Of a DNA stretch of 64,000 bases, positions 39,701 to 53,200 are shown piece by piece (positions within the stretch are counted from its first letter, which is position 1; every line of letters begins with the position of its first letter). Under the pieces are notes generated by a model. That model did no database searches, was not told where the DNA came from, and saw only the letters and a list, made by a program, of their open reading frames with translations. This DNA is from Octopus bimaculoides (taxonomy: Eukaryota), in NCBI RefSeq assembly GCF_001194135.2, contig NC_068982.1, positions 188,757,406 through 188,821,405 on the forward strand, given 5' to 3'. The position numbers and the translations under genes are program-made.

Positions 39701-42700
39701 CAAGTAAGATTCTTGGGGGTTCATGCAAGCAAAGCAATAAATTAGGGCTTCACAGTAGTATTTTGAGGGCCCATGAGAAAATTTTGCTTTAAATATATTC
39801 ATTGCAAGAAACAGGTTTCTTTCTCTAATATTTTACAGATGCAAGTTAATGTCGTCATTGTTTAACGTCCACCTGCATGAGGGCCAGTCAGGCTGTTCTG
39901 GTAACGACCATGCTCAAAAGGTGTATTTTACGTGCCACCTATATGGGAGCCAGTCCGGCAGCATTAGCAATGACCACTCTCAAATGTTGTTTTCATGTGC
40001 CGGTAAGGCGGAATAAAATAGTAATTTTGAAAGAGGTATCTATAAAACTAATTTTAAAACATTGAATAAAAACAGGAGTCCACTGGAATGAAACAGTAAC
40101 TGAAGGGGTCCACCGGAATGAAACAGTGACCGAAGGGGTCCATAATTAATAAATGATTGAGAAGCATGGATTTGAAGTTGTTCTAAATTTATTTCTGTTT
40201 TTACCACAAGGTCACAAAATTGAAGGAAGGGTGGGGTGTAGTTGACACATAATCTTGAATGGTATTTAACGGTGTCCCAGGATGTGTGGAAATGAAAGAC
40301 GTAGTCAAACTTGGTGAGATTTGAACTTGGAATGGAGAGAGATGTAAATAAATGCTTAATTGAGTATATTTTATGGCTTAATCAAAAGAAGGCCAGTACC
40401 ATGATCTTTACAAGAGTTCAGAGATTTTGGTGAGTCATTTCCGCAGAATGGACTAGACTAAGTTATATATACAGTGACAGACAGACAAATAGACAGAAAA
40501 GATGAGTGGATGGTTAAATAGATACATTGATGGAATGGATAGGTAGATAGATAAATAAATAAGGAGAGAAAAACAAAAGGAGAGATAGAGACAGGGAGAA
40601 AGCACAACATAGACTGACAGCGTGATGGATAGATGGAGAGTTACGGAGATGGACTGACAGAGAGACAGACAGAATTTCCCTCAGGGAACTGGTTTAACTG
40701 CAGCTTGAGCTAGGAAGCTTACCCTGGGATTGAACTCATAGCTGCATGATTAGGAAGGGAACTTGTAAAACACACAGCCATGCATACTGTTGTTTTTAAC
40801 TTTTCGTTTTCTTTTAATTTGTTAATATGGCAAAGGCGTAATGAAATGCACTCCCCCACCACTACCATCATCATCATCATCATCAATGTCATTATCATTG
40901 TAATCCTGCTGAGGTCAACTTCACCTTTCAACAAATAAAACTCTGTCAAGTCCTGGGTCAATATCATCTGCAAATTGTGTAACTGTTTATTTATGTCTTG
41001 GGAGTGAAAGCAGTGCCTCCCCACCACACAGGTCACATTACAGAGCCTCTCAGACCATGGGAGTAGAGTGGGGTACGAATTGAAACCTATGCTAGGGATT
41101 ATTAAAGGCAGCAAATAATGTTTTCGCTTACTCTAAACCCCACTGGGTCAGTGGTAATGTTGGTTTAGTTTCTTTTCTGATTGAATGGAATTACATAAAC
41201 AGCATGAAACAGCTTTGAACATCCGACAAACACACAGCCACAAACTGTTGCAATCTGCAGCATTTTAATAACTTCATGCAGATCAATTGAGAGGGGACTG
41301 ATTTAATACCCACAGCAAATCACAAGTGCACGTGTGCATATTGGATGTATGTGTGCATATTGGATGTATGTGTGCATGTGTGTGTGTTTGTTGGGTGAGC
41401 AGATTATGGCTATAATGTTGTTATGATCATCTTGTTTATAAATTTAAGTTGGGGGTGAGCAAGGCAGGGGTGGATTTAGAAAATTGCATTCAATTTCTTG
41501 TTTTAAATTGTAATAAATTTTTCATGCCCCATCATTTTTTAATAAATATATTTTGTTCTGCTTTATTAGATGTTTAAATTTTTTTTTTTTATGTAATGCA
41601 AAAAAGATCACTTTTGCTCACAAAATGGCAAACTTTGAAAGATGACAGAAGCTAACTAAAGATGCTGGACTGCTAGAGAATATGGGCTGATTGATGAGGA
41701 AAAGGAGGAAGAAAGCCACATTACTAGGTTAATTGACAACACAAGAACAATGGTGGATATCAAACAAAACCTTTTAATGAGATAATGGCAAATATCAATT
41801 AGTTGTGATGATATTTTAATGCTTTCGTCTTAAATCGAAATGGATCCTGCTAGGTTGAAGCTGCTCTAGACAAAGGACTACAGATCTTGAATAAAGATGA
41901 GAGACAATCTACATTGACAAGAAAATGAGCTACCAATTTTCACAGTGATCGTCTTCTTGAAATTCTTCTTCTTATTATTATGAGGCAGTGGAGCTGGCAG
42001 AAGCGTTAGCATGCAGGGTGAAATGCTTAGCGGTATTTCTTCTGTCTTTACATCCTGAGTTCAAATTCTGCCGAGGTCGACTTTGCCTTTCATCCATTCA
42101 GGGTCAATAAATTAAGTACCAGTTGCGTACTAGGAGTCGATGTAATCAACTCATCCCCTCCCCCATATTTCAGGCCTTGTGCCTATAGTAGAAAGGATTA
42201 TTATTATATTAATATTGCCCTTGTGTGAGTCAGGTGGAATTTGTTGCGGCAGATTTTCTACACCTGGATGCTTGCTTCTCATTGCCAACTCATCCATTTT
42301 CAAAGCAAAATAATATTTTCTCCTTGCCAGACAGGTTTTCACAGATGTGGCCGATACCAATGTCGTATAACCAGCCCGTTTAAAAGTACCCTTGAATTGT
42401 CAGGTGATATACTGCACTTGAGAAGACCTATTGAGTCAAGTAAAATCAAAATGGAAATCGTAGTTGTGCCTGACTGGCTCCCATGCCAGTGGCACATAAT
42501 AAGCACCATCTGAACATGGCCGATGCCAGTGGCACATAAAAAGCACACACTACACTCTCAGAGTGGGGTTGGTGTTAGGAAGTGCATCCAGTTGTAGAAA
42601 CCTTGCCAGATCAGATTGGAGCCTGGTGCAGCTTCCTGGTTCGCCAGTCTTCAGTCAAACCGTCCAACCTATACCAGCACTGGAAAACCGACGTTAAACA

Positions 42701-45700
42701 AAGATGCGGATGATTGGGAACATCGCACATCACTTGGATGACAACAACACTCATTTACTGCTATTAGTTGGTGTCAGAACAAAGAGGCACTAACACAAAC
42801 CCAAGCACACGTATATACATTCGTTTGGCCATTGAGTCACTTATGTAATTTTACGGTTGAAGAAGAATTGTGTGTGGAGGTGAGAGAGAGAGAGAGAGAA
42901 GTGATTATAATGTTTCCCCAGGGAAGTCTTTCACATTCATTGAATTCAAACATTATCAAAATTAATAGCCCAATTTATAGAGTACATAATAACCTGAACA
43001 TTATTTTGAAATATAAACAACTTTAAATATGATACATTTAAAGAATAAATTATTCTCCCACCTTCTATGCTGCATACTAAGTTTTTGAAAATACTATTTA
43101 TAAATTGAGGATATTAACAACTTGAGTCATAACATATACTGCTTTGAAATTGACATCTGAGAAAGAGGACGAGATGAAATCACAAACTGATGTTTCACTA
43201 ACACTTCATCTCTGCTTACATTTCAGTACAACTATCAGCTTTTCAACATCTCGTTTTTGAATCCTTACTTTTATTCCAAACTGACCTTGGATTTAGATTT
43301 TTTTTTTTTTTCATACATTATTCCGGGATGATTTGGAAGTTGTGTACAGCTTGGAGAAAATTTGTCAGTCAATAACTATGCTGTTTTGTATATATTTGTG
43401 TGTGTCTGTGCTTGTCCCTGTAACTTAGCAGTTCGGCAAAAGAGACCAATAGAATAAGTACTNNNNNNNNNNNNNNNNNNNNNNNNNNNNNNNNNNNNNN
43501 NNNNNNNNNNNNNNNNNNNNNNNNNNNNNNNNNNNNNNNNNNNNNNNNNNNNNNNNNNNNNNATATATACATATATATATACATATATATATATACATAT
43601 ATATATACATACCTGCACTCACATGCACAAGCATGGCTATACAGTACGAAGTTTACTTCTCAACCAGGTGATTTGAAGTTTCCCATTTTGCCACACCTTG
43701 AGAGAATGTCTTTTACCATTGGTTTGGGCCAACCCAAGCCTTGGGAGTGAATTTGGTGGACAGAAACTAAGAAGATATATCTCTTTGTTTTAACATTCAC
43801 CTTTCCGTTCACATGGGTCAGATAAAATTCATTAAGACAGATTTTCGAAGGCCAAGTGTCTTTGCTGTAGCTGGACCCTCACCTGTTTTCAAGTAAGACA
43901 ATATTACCTTAGAAAGACTGACCACAAAGGACACTGCTTGTTTGTTGGTGACACTCATTTATGACTATTGTGTACACCTGTGCTTGTGCTACGTAAAAAG
44001 CACTACTGACCACTACTGACCACACCTGTGCTTGTGCCACCTAAAAAGCACTGAGTCCACTCTGCTGAGTGATTGGTGATTGGAAGGGCATCCAGCTATA
44101 AAAATCCTGCCAAAACAGTTACAGAAGTCTGGTGCAGGCTTCTGCCTGGCTGGCTCTTGTGAAACCATCCCACCCATGCTAGCATGGAAGGTGGACGTTA
44201 AACGATGATGATGATGAAGACAAGAGATGCACGACACGTCAACATTGCAAGAAAATACAAAGTATGTATGCTCTACAAGTTTAGTGGGAAGAAAAATATG
44301 GTGCCTTTGTCAGATAATTTTAGCAGCAGAAAAATACACAGCCTTCTATGCTATTCAATATTAGAGAATGGAAGAAGCAGAGCCTTTATGCCAACAACTT
44401 TTAGTCAGCAGTAAAAATACAGAGCCCCCATATTCTACAATATTAGGGAGCAAAAATACAATGCAGGGTCACTGTGTCATACAATTTTAGTGGAGCCTCT
44501 ATGATCAGAGCTTTCTGCTCTACAAGTTTAGGGAGTAAAAAACAATGTCTGTGCCCCAGTTTTCAGAGTAAAAATGTGTTTATGCCAGACAATGTTAGGG
44601 GCAGAAAAAAAAAAAGCAGCCTTTATGCTTACAAATTTAGAGGCTAAAAAAATTAGGGTTGTAATACCTACAATTTCAGTCAGTAAAAAAGAAAAATTGA
44701 GCCTGTATGTTTTAAAATATAACAAAATAGAAATTATATATAAAATTGTGCTCTACATTTTAAGGGTTTATAAGAATGTTACTGATCTTTATTCTACATA
44801 TGCCATAAAAGAATGTCATCTCCAGGAGGTGGGTTTATAGCCATGAGGTCCACAGGGTCTCTCCAGATATCATAATGACAGATAATAACAATTGTGCAAA
44901 GGGGCTGGTTTGAAAGACTTGGGTCATGGGAGGGGGATCCCACTATGAACCACTTGATAACATAATCACAGACAATAACAAGGAAATGTGGGCTATAGGG
45001 TAAGGGTCGAATCAGATATCATCTGTCTGTATCTATAATAGCTGACTTCAATGTTGGTTGGTTTCTCCAGCCATTCTTTGCATCATATAGAGAAGGAGGG
45101 AGCTAAAGAAAGACAGAAGTAGTTAATATAAGGGGTTGAAGTCGATAGAGGAACACTGAAACTGACAGCCAATGGTAGGGAAAAAGTTATGTCGTAGATA
45201 GATACTAAATACACGCTTACACATGCACACTCACATACATGCAATCTTCTGTTCATGACACACACACACACACACAGCTATAGTTGAAGTAGGATAAACT
45301 CGGTAGGAGGACACAGAGAAGCTGTAGATTTACATAACCATGTGCATAGGTACATTTAAGTATATACAATATTATTAATAGGCAAAGAAGTGGCTGTGTG
45401 GTAAGTAGCTTGCTTACCAGCCACATGGTTACGGGTTCAGTCCCACTGCGTGGCACCTTGGGCAAGTGTCTTCTACTATAGCCTCGGGCCAACCAAAGCC
45501 TTGTGAGTGGATTTGGTAGACGGAAACTGAAAGAAGCCTGTCGTATGTGTGTGTGTGTTTGTCCCCCTCCATCATTGTTTGACAACCGATGTTGATGTGT
45601 TCACACCCCCCGTGACTTAGCAGTTCAGCAAAAGAGACTGATAGAATAAGTACTAGGCTTTCAAAGAATAAGTCCTGGGGTCGATTTGTTTGACTAAAGA

Positions 45701-48700
45701 TGGTGCTCCAGTATGGCCACAGTCAAATGACAGTAACAAATAAAAGAATAAGAATATATAACACTATTTATATATGTATATATATATATGTATCAGATTG
45801 GAGCCTGGTGCAGCCTTCTGGTTTGCCAGCCCTCAGTCAAACCATCCGACCCATGCCAGCATGGAAAGTGGACGTTAAATGACGATGACAACGATGATGA
45901 TGATATACTAAAATAATAATAATTATATATATACATAAGGGATGATGATGATTATAGAAGGGAACATGGAAAAAACCCTGCTCCAACATGTTGTAAGAAT
46001 ATACCAAAAGACGTTATAAATCACCTTTAGCTCCTGCAAAAATTGGTCAATTCTTACAACATGTTGGAGCAGAGTTTTTTCCTGTTCTCTTATATAATTA
46101 TATAATGTGTATATATAATTATTACTTTAGTATAATTTAACCACAGTTTTATAGCATGTTGGCCACTTGATATTATCATTTACATGATTTTATCCTTGTT
46201 TATATTTGTGTATATAGTAGCATTAATAGTGACTGTTTACTAATGATGGCAAAAGTATACTGCCCAAGTTACCTATTATGCGATAAGTAGCACTATTATG
46301 ATATATGACAGATGGTGTAGAGGTGATAGTTTTATAGAGATTGTGGGTCACAGGATCTCAGTAGATATCACACGATACCATTATGACAGATATAATAATG
46401 ATGGCGTATTCTCTGATACATTTCTGTTCCGGCATTTGTCACTACACAACAACATATTTACAGCACTTTCACTATTAAAGGTCACAGAGCTGATAACTTC
46501 CAACGCTTTGGAAAAATGAAGGCAGCATATTGGTTCTTATTTATTGTTGTTCTTTTGAATCTAAGACCAAACACGATGCTTTCTTTGTTATTAAATGACT
46601 TCTCTGACATGACATACATAATGACAAGTTCTATGTTAAAGAGATATTGTATTTCAGAAAGAAAAAAAAGAAAAGAAAAAGAAATGTTTTTTAAAGAAAT
46701 GTACAAAGAAATTGTTGTTAGTCTAAGAATTCTTTAAAAAAAAAAAACCAAACTAATGTTGCATTTTTGTTTTTTTTTGGAGTGCTGTCAATAACTTGAA
46801 TAAAAAAAAGAATCAAAGTGATATCATTATGAGTCCTAAAAATGTGGTGAATAGATGTGAGGAAGAAGTAGGATCCCTACAAAGCCATAACTGCAATAAG
46901 GTTTCAATCCAGGTTGAAGCCATCAATGTTTTAACATCTACTTTCCATTGATTGGCAAGGGTCACATAGAGTTTGAGACAGATTTTCTGCAGATCAATGC
47001 CTTAACCCTTTCGTTACCAACCCAGCTGAAACTGCTTCTGGCTCTGTAGTACAAAATGTCTTGTTTTCATAAGTTTTGAATTAAAATCTTCCACCAAACC
47101 TTAGTCACAATTTGTTCCCAACACTAGCTGAATGATAGCCAAGTTATTTTACTAAATTCTTTGTTATATTTAAAATTAATTGAAAGAAACACAGAGCATC
47201 CCAACAGAAATATGGAAGCGAAAGGGTTAAAGGAAAAGTGTGCTTGTTGAGGTTTTCCCACCCTCACAATGCAAGAGGGGCAAGGAGGATTTCAACAAAA
47301 ACGGTAATGACATTGATTATGAAGGTTGCTTCTGTAAGGCAGAAATCCATACTGAAAATTCTAGGACTGCCAATATTTTACTAGTGCTTGTTTTTATTTA
47401 CCCTGGAAGGATGAAAGATGAAGTCAGTAGGATTTGAACTCACAATATAAAGAGACATGACTAAACACTGCAAAGTGATTTTGTTTGATACAGAACCCAC
47501 CCTGACAATCCACTGCTATTTCATCTGATGCTCCACAGGCGCTAGTAATCCATTGCCATTTCGCTGACTTGCATGTGACCCATTGTTTTTCAAAGCTATG
47601 TGAGGTCAATGCCCTTTACAAGACTACTGTGGTCATTGAGGTTTACACACCCTCAAAATGCAAGAAAGACCACGAAGATTTTGTTTGTGATACTTAACCA
47701 TAGGTACAGACATAGCTGTGTGGTAAGAAGTTTGCTTCTCAACCACATGATTTCAGATTCAGTGCTCCTGTGTGGCACCTTGGGCAAGTTTCTTCTACTA
47801 TGGCCCCAAGCTGACCAAAATGACTTGTACCTGTAATTCAAAAGGGGACAGCCTTATCACATTCTGGGTGCCATACTGAATCTCCCTGAGAACTACATTA
47901 AGGATATGCATGTCTGTGGAGTACTCAGCCACTTGCACAGTAATTTCATGTGCAGGCTGTTCTATTGACTGGATCATGTGGAACCCTTGTCACCGTAACC
48001 GATGGAGTGCCAGTACCAAATGGAATGCACTGATGTGTCATTTTATATTATTTACATTTGACAGATATTTGTCCTCATTTTGTTTGTTGTTAACACATTT
48101 CGGCTGATATACGTTCCAGCCTTCATCAGGTGTCTTGGGGAAATTTCGAACCTGGATTCTCATTCCTAAGGTATTTTTCAATGTTATTATTATTATTATT
48201 ATTATTATTATCATCATCATCATTCAGGTCTGCTTTGGCACAATGTCTATGGTTGGAGGCCCTTCCTAATGCCAGCCACTTTACAGTCTGTTGTGGGTGC
48301 TTTTTACATGCCACTAGCACCAGTGAGTCACAAGCCTTCAAAATATGAATAGAGGGAGGGCGCTTTATGCAAAAAGATGAGGGGTTAAAGCATGAGAGAA
48401 AGGAGGGAGGGGTAAACAGGTTTTTGTTGTAGAAGACTTACATGGCTATTCCCATTTAGAAGAGGTGGGTAAGAATCCTCATCAGGATCTAGGTACAAGG
48501 TGAACAGGAAGTGAGTAGGGACAGTGGAACTAGGAGTGTAGATGGTGATGGTGGGGTCGTGAGATTGCACGGGGGGGGGGAAGAGATGGGAGAATGGAAG
48601 GAAAACAACAGCTGCAAAGATTGGGTAGAATGGATGCAGTGAGTGACGGGTGATTGATGATGCGTGGAATAATTTAGAGTTGGATTCAGCTATTTCCTCC

Positions 48701-50172
48701 TCCTCTTAGTTTGTGACCATCAGATAATTGCTTGGATATTTAGACATTCCTTTACTGGTTACCTTTGATCCAGCAGACACAGCAAAGAGGGTGACCTACT
48801 CCCCACCTTTCAAGAACTGTCCCCTCTACATTATTTACACAACAAAAGTTCACACAAGGACAAAATTCAAACTGACAAGGGAATTCTATGGCTGGGTCAC
48901 TTTAACAGAAATAGCAGCTAAATTTCCTCCCAACCACACTAGCAGTTTCCTGCTCACCTGATTGATATAGCCCATCCCACTCAAAAGATCCCTGAATAAG
49001 GCTTGTTTAAGGAAGTTGAACGAAACACTCATGTTTCCAAAGGTGAATTATTCAAACCCCAAAGAATTGCTCTCAACACATGGCTATGATGCTACCCCAC
49101 TACTTCTGCTCATGATCAGAGATGCACATATCATCAGCCACCAAGGGACATGCTCAACTGGTTACAGTCAAACAACTGACAAGCAAATCTGTGATATTAA
49201 GCAGAATATTTGCTGCAGCTCATCTTTTATCCCAAGACAAAACAATGTACATGATAACACTTCCAATCAGTTAAGATCAGAAGCCGTGTGAGCCAGTCCC
49301 TGGTACTATTACTATTATGATTATTATTATTAGTAGCAGAAAGACTGTCCTTGAGGCAGTTTTCTGCTAGCCACTTGATAATATTTTCACATTTGATTCC
49401 CAATTCTAATAATTTTATGTCTAATTATTTCTTTGTATAATTGTGCTCACTTGCTTAGTAAATATTACTTTCATTATTTTATCACAATCATAATCACTCT
49501 TTTTTGAACAAACGTCAAGGTAGTCCAACTATGGAGGGAGAGCAGTTTGTCAAGTTTTACCTTCCCCTCAAAGCAACATAAAGATTTCAATTCAGCAGCC
49601 CATCTGTAAGTTTTGCAGTATGAACAAACATTGTCAAAGAGACTCGCTGCATTATGTGGCTGTACAACAGACAGGACAGCCTGTTCTTGAAAATTATGGA
49701 AACTGGCTTTCATTGCTAATCTTATAACAGAATTCTTCCTAGTTTGAAAATCTTTTCATCTGTACTCCTGCTGTAAATATTCGGTTTTGTCTCTCAGCAC
49801 CCTGTTTGTTGGCACTGGTGTTTGTATTTCACTGATGTTTAGAAGGCTTCCCATTTGATACTGATTATCAATAGAGAAGCTGAACAGTCACAGACAGTGA
49901 AAGCTGACTCAGTGTCTTATTTTGAAGTAGAATATTCTCCTCTCAAGATAGCCTAACCGGTCACTCATGTGTAGCAGAACCATCTCTACGTGCATATTCA
50001 GACATTTCTTTCAGTTGCTTTGCCCTCGTTTTATGATTCAGCTGCCCATCTTTTTCTCTGCTATTGTGCCTTTGCTGCTGAATGTTCGTTTTCAGTCACG
50101 TATTTTTTTGGACACCTCATATTGAATTGCAAAATTCTAGTGATATTTGTGTAATAATGAAATCAAACCTGG

Positions 50173-50207
<35 letters not shown>

Positions 50208-53200
50208 ATATTAGAGAGACAGTGTGTGTGTGAGAGAGAGAACATTGCAAACAATGAATTAAATAGACATGAAATAAAAAAAATCATATAAGTAAAAGCT
50301 CATTAAAAACTATCTTGTACTGAATATTTAAATTTGTGAACTTGAAATATTCAATAATAAAAGGAAGTTCAGAAAGTAAATTTTCCTGAAAACTTCAATT
50401 TATAAAAAAATCTCACTTGCTTAGTAAATATTTCTTTCAGTAATTTATCATATTTGTAATATATCTCTAAACAAACTTCAAGATAACCCAAACTACGTCT
50501 AGCTTGCTAGAAATAGCAGCAATCACATTGTTATTATTGTAAGACTTATAGCGTTCCAAACAACCATACCAACAAAATCACTTATTTTTAAAAAACAAAT
50601 TATACCGGTATATTAAAAAATTTTCTTTTGTTTTTGTATTTTATCAAAAATATTAATTTAACAAACTTTGGAAACTGATATTATTCTTGAAATTGTGCCT
50701 CGTATCATAAGCCTCAAAGTTATACAGCTATTTTGTCGAATAGCATTCATTTATTCAATAAATAATTCTTTTACATTACGTATATAGAATAACCTGTGGG
50801 TTTTGCAAATAGTCAATTACAATTTGAAAGGAAAACATTGAAATGAATATATATTAAATTATCATTATTGAAAATAGAGGCAAGAGAGAGTGAAAGACTG
50901 TTGTAAAAAAAAAAAAAAGGAAAATTGCGCCTGCAATGAATTAATATTGTTTATTAAACATTAAAATCTACTCCACAGTGAATGCAACAAATATTTAAAT
51001 TTGTGAAAAATTTGTAGTTTAAATATTCAATAAACTTCAGAAATCAAAATTACAGGAAGTTTCTCAGAACATGAATTTCTGAAAAAATGTTTCCAATGGT
51101 CAAGTCTTTAATAATTGCTCTCTTTCAGTAATTGTTACATACCTAATTAATAAGCAGCTTTCTCTATTATAATATATATTATTATTTACATGGCAAGCTT
51201 ACGATCTTGAACAAAATACTCCAGCTACTTAGCCACATGCTGTTACTTAATTTGGTACCATATTTGCATGACAACCACTCCTACGACTGTCACCACTGGG
51301 ATGTGTTTGTGACAAATTCCTTGGCAAGTATTTCAGTTAATTACCTCCAGGTCTCACTTGAAATGTTTTAGAGTAAACATTTCTACAAGAATGGGGAAAG
51401 GACATTGTAGATAAAGGCTTTCAGATGTCTCAACTATGAAACCCAAAAAGCTACAGCAAAGGCTAACTATTAATAATAGCAGTTATGGCATTGTTACCAC
51501 GACCGAGAGTTGTGAGGATTATTCTAGAGGAATACAAGAACAGATGAATAAAGGATTACAAATACAAGTCTGTTCTCTCTCTCTCTTTTTCTTTTATTTA
51601 ATTTGATTTTATGTTTTAAGAAATTAGGGGAAAAATTAGAAAACAGTCCAAAAGCTAACAACCAAATTGAAAACAAAAGATAAATAAACCAACTTATTAA
51701 AGATGAAGTTGTTGAAGAATTTGGTTGGATTTTAATGTTTTACTTATGGAACTAATATGAAGTTGGTTCTATTTATATTCATGAAATTTTTCAGGATGCA
51801 TGAGAATATATAATAATATTGGTAATAAAATGATTTTGTCAAGAACTGACTTTATTTAGGAAAATTTCTAACATTTATCACATGTTAGATTCTCATTGAA
51901 GAGAAAGATTATAAATGTCTATATGAATGTATAATGTATGTGTGTATACATAAGTATGTATATATGTAAGTGTGTGTTTATGTATAAGTAACTGTTATTT
52001 TTTAATTGTTTCAGTCATTAGACTGTGGCCATGCTGGGGCACTGCCTTCAAGAGCTTTTAGTCGAATGAATCAATCCTCGGACTTATTTCCTTTTTAAAG
52101 CCTGGCATTTATTTTATTGGTCGCTTTTTCCTGAACTGCTAAGTTACAGGGGCATAAACAAACCAATAGTGGTTGTCAAACAGCAGGGACAAAGACACAC
52201 ACATGACAGGCTTCTTCCAGTTTCCATCTACCAACTCCACTCACAAGGCTTTGGTCGGCCCAAGGTTATAGTTGAAGACACTTGCCCAAGGTGCCATACA
52301 GTGGCAGTGAACCCGGAACCATGTGGTTGGGAAACAAGCTTCTTATCAAACAACCACTCAAACATTCCCTAACATAACCAAATGTCTGTGTCCACTCACC
52401 CTATCCAATCTTTGGTTCCATTTCACATATATATGCCTCCCTCTAACTTGAATGTATGCTCCCATCACATCTTCACCCTCTTCTCTACTGCAAGACCCCT
52501 ATTCTTGTCCCTCTATTCATACTCTAACCTCTCTCGTCACCTGGCACAAAGCCACCACCCACAATAATGCTGCCACCCCACCCAGTTGAAGGGTTTTGTA
52601 AGTTATTTGGTGACCTTACTGTTGCTGGTGCCTCATAAAAGCACCCAGTCCACTCTCTAAAGTGGTTGGCATTAGGAATGGCATCCAGCTGTAGAAACCA
52701 TGCCAACGTAGACAGCAGAGCTTGGTGTAGTCTTCTGGCTTGCCAGCCCCTGTCAAACCATCAAACCCATGCCAGCACAGGAAATGGAAGTTAAACGATG
52801 ATGATGACACATGCTCACACACACAAACTCCACCAATCCGCAGTATCTCTCAACAGAAAAATGGACATGTGCATAGCAGATGCATGTGCACACACAGCAG
52901 ATACAAACACACATGTATATATGCACACACACACACACACTGCAAATACAAACGTAGATAACAACTATGAACTGATGTTGCTAATAAACCACATTCCACT
53001 TCCTAGATACAATCACCACCAACATCCGGTCCTAGAATGTGGTCCTAGGAATATGGAATAGAATTGATGTTCCTACCAAATCAATTACACCATGTGATCT
53101 GCATTGATCAACAGTGGCTCAACATCCAGAAGCCATTTTAGATTTGTAATGTTTGGTTTCTGGAAGTCTGATGAGAGAGGTTCATTCGATGAGCCCACAA

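Noticed and set aside
41132-41176. 45-nt candidate exon reading KETKPTLP, reminiscent of RGS7 ETKPPT
   Set aside because: It is phase 2-2 within a phase-0 intron whose flanking exons already join in frame.
44252-44725. CRISPR-like reading of the periodic region
   Set aside because: There are no invariant repeats with unique spacers and no cas genes, and the context is a eukaryotic intron.
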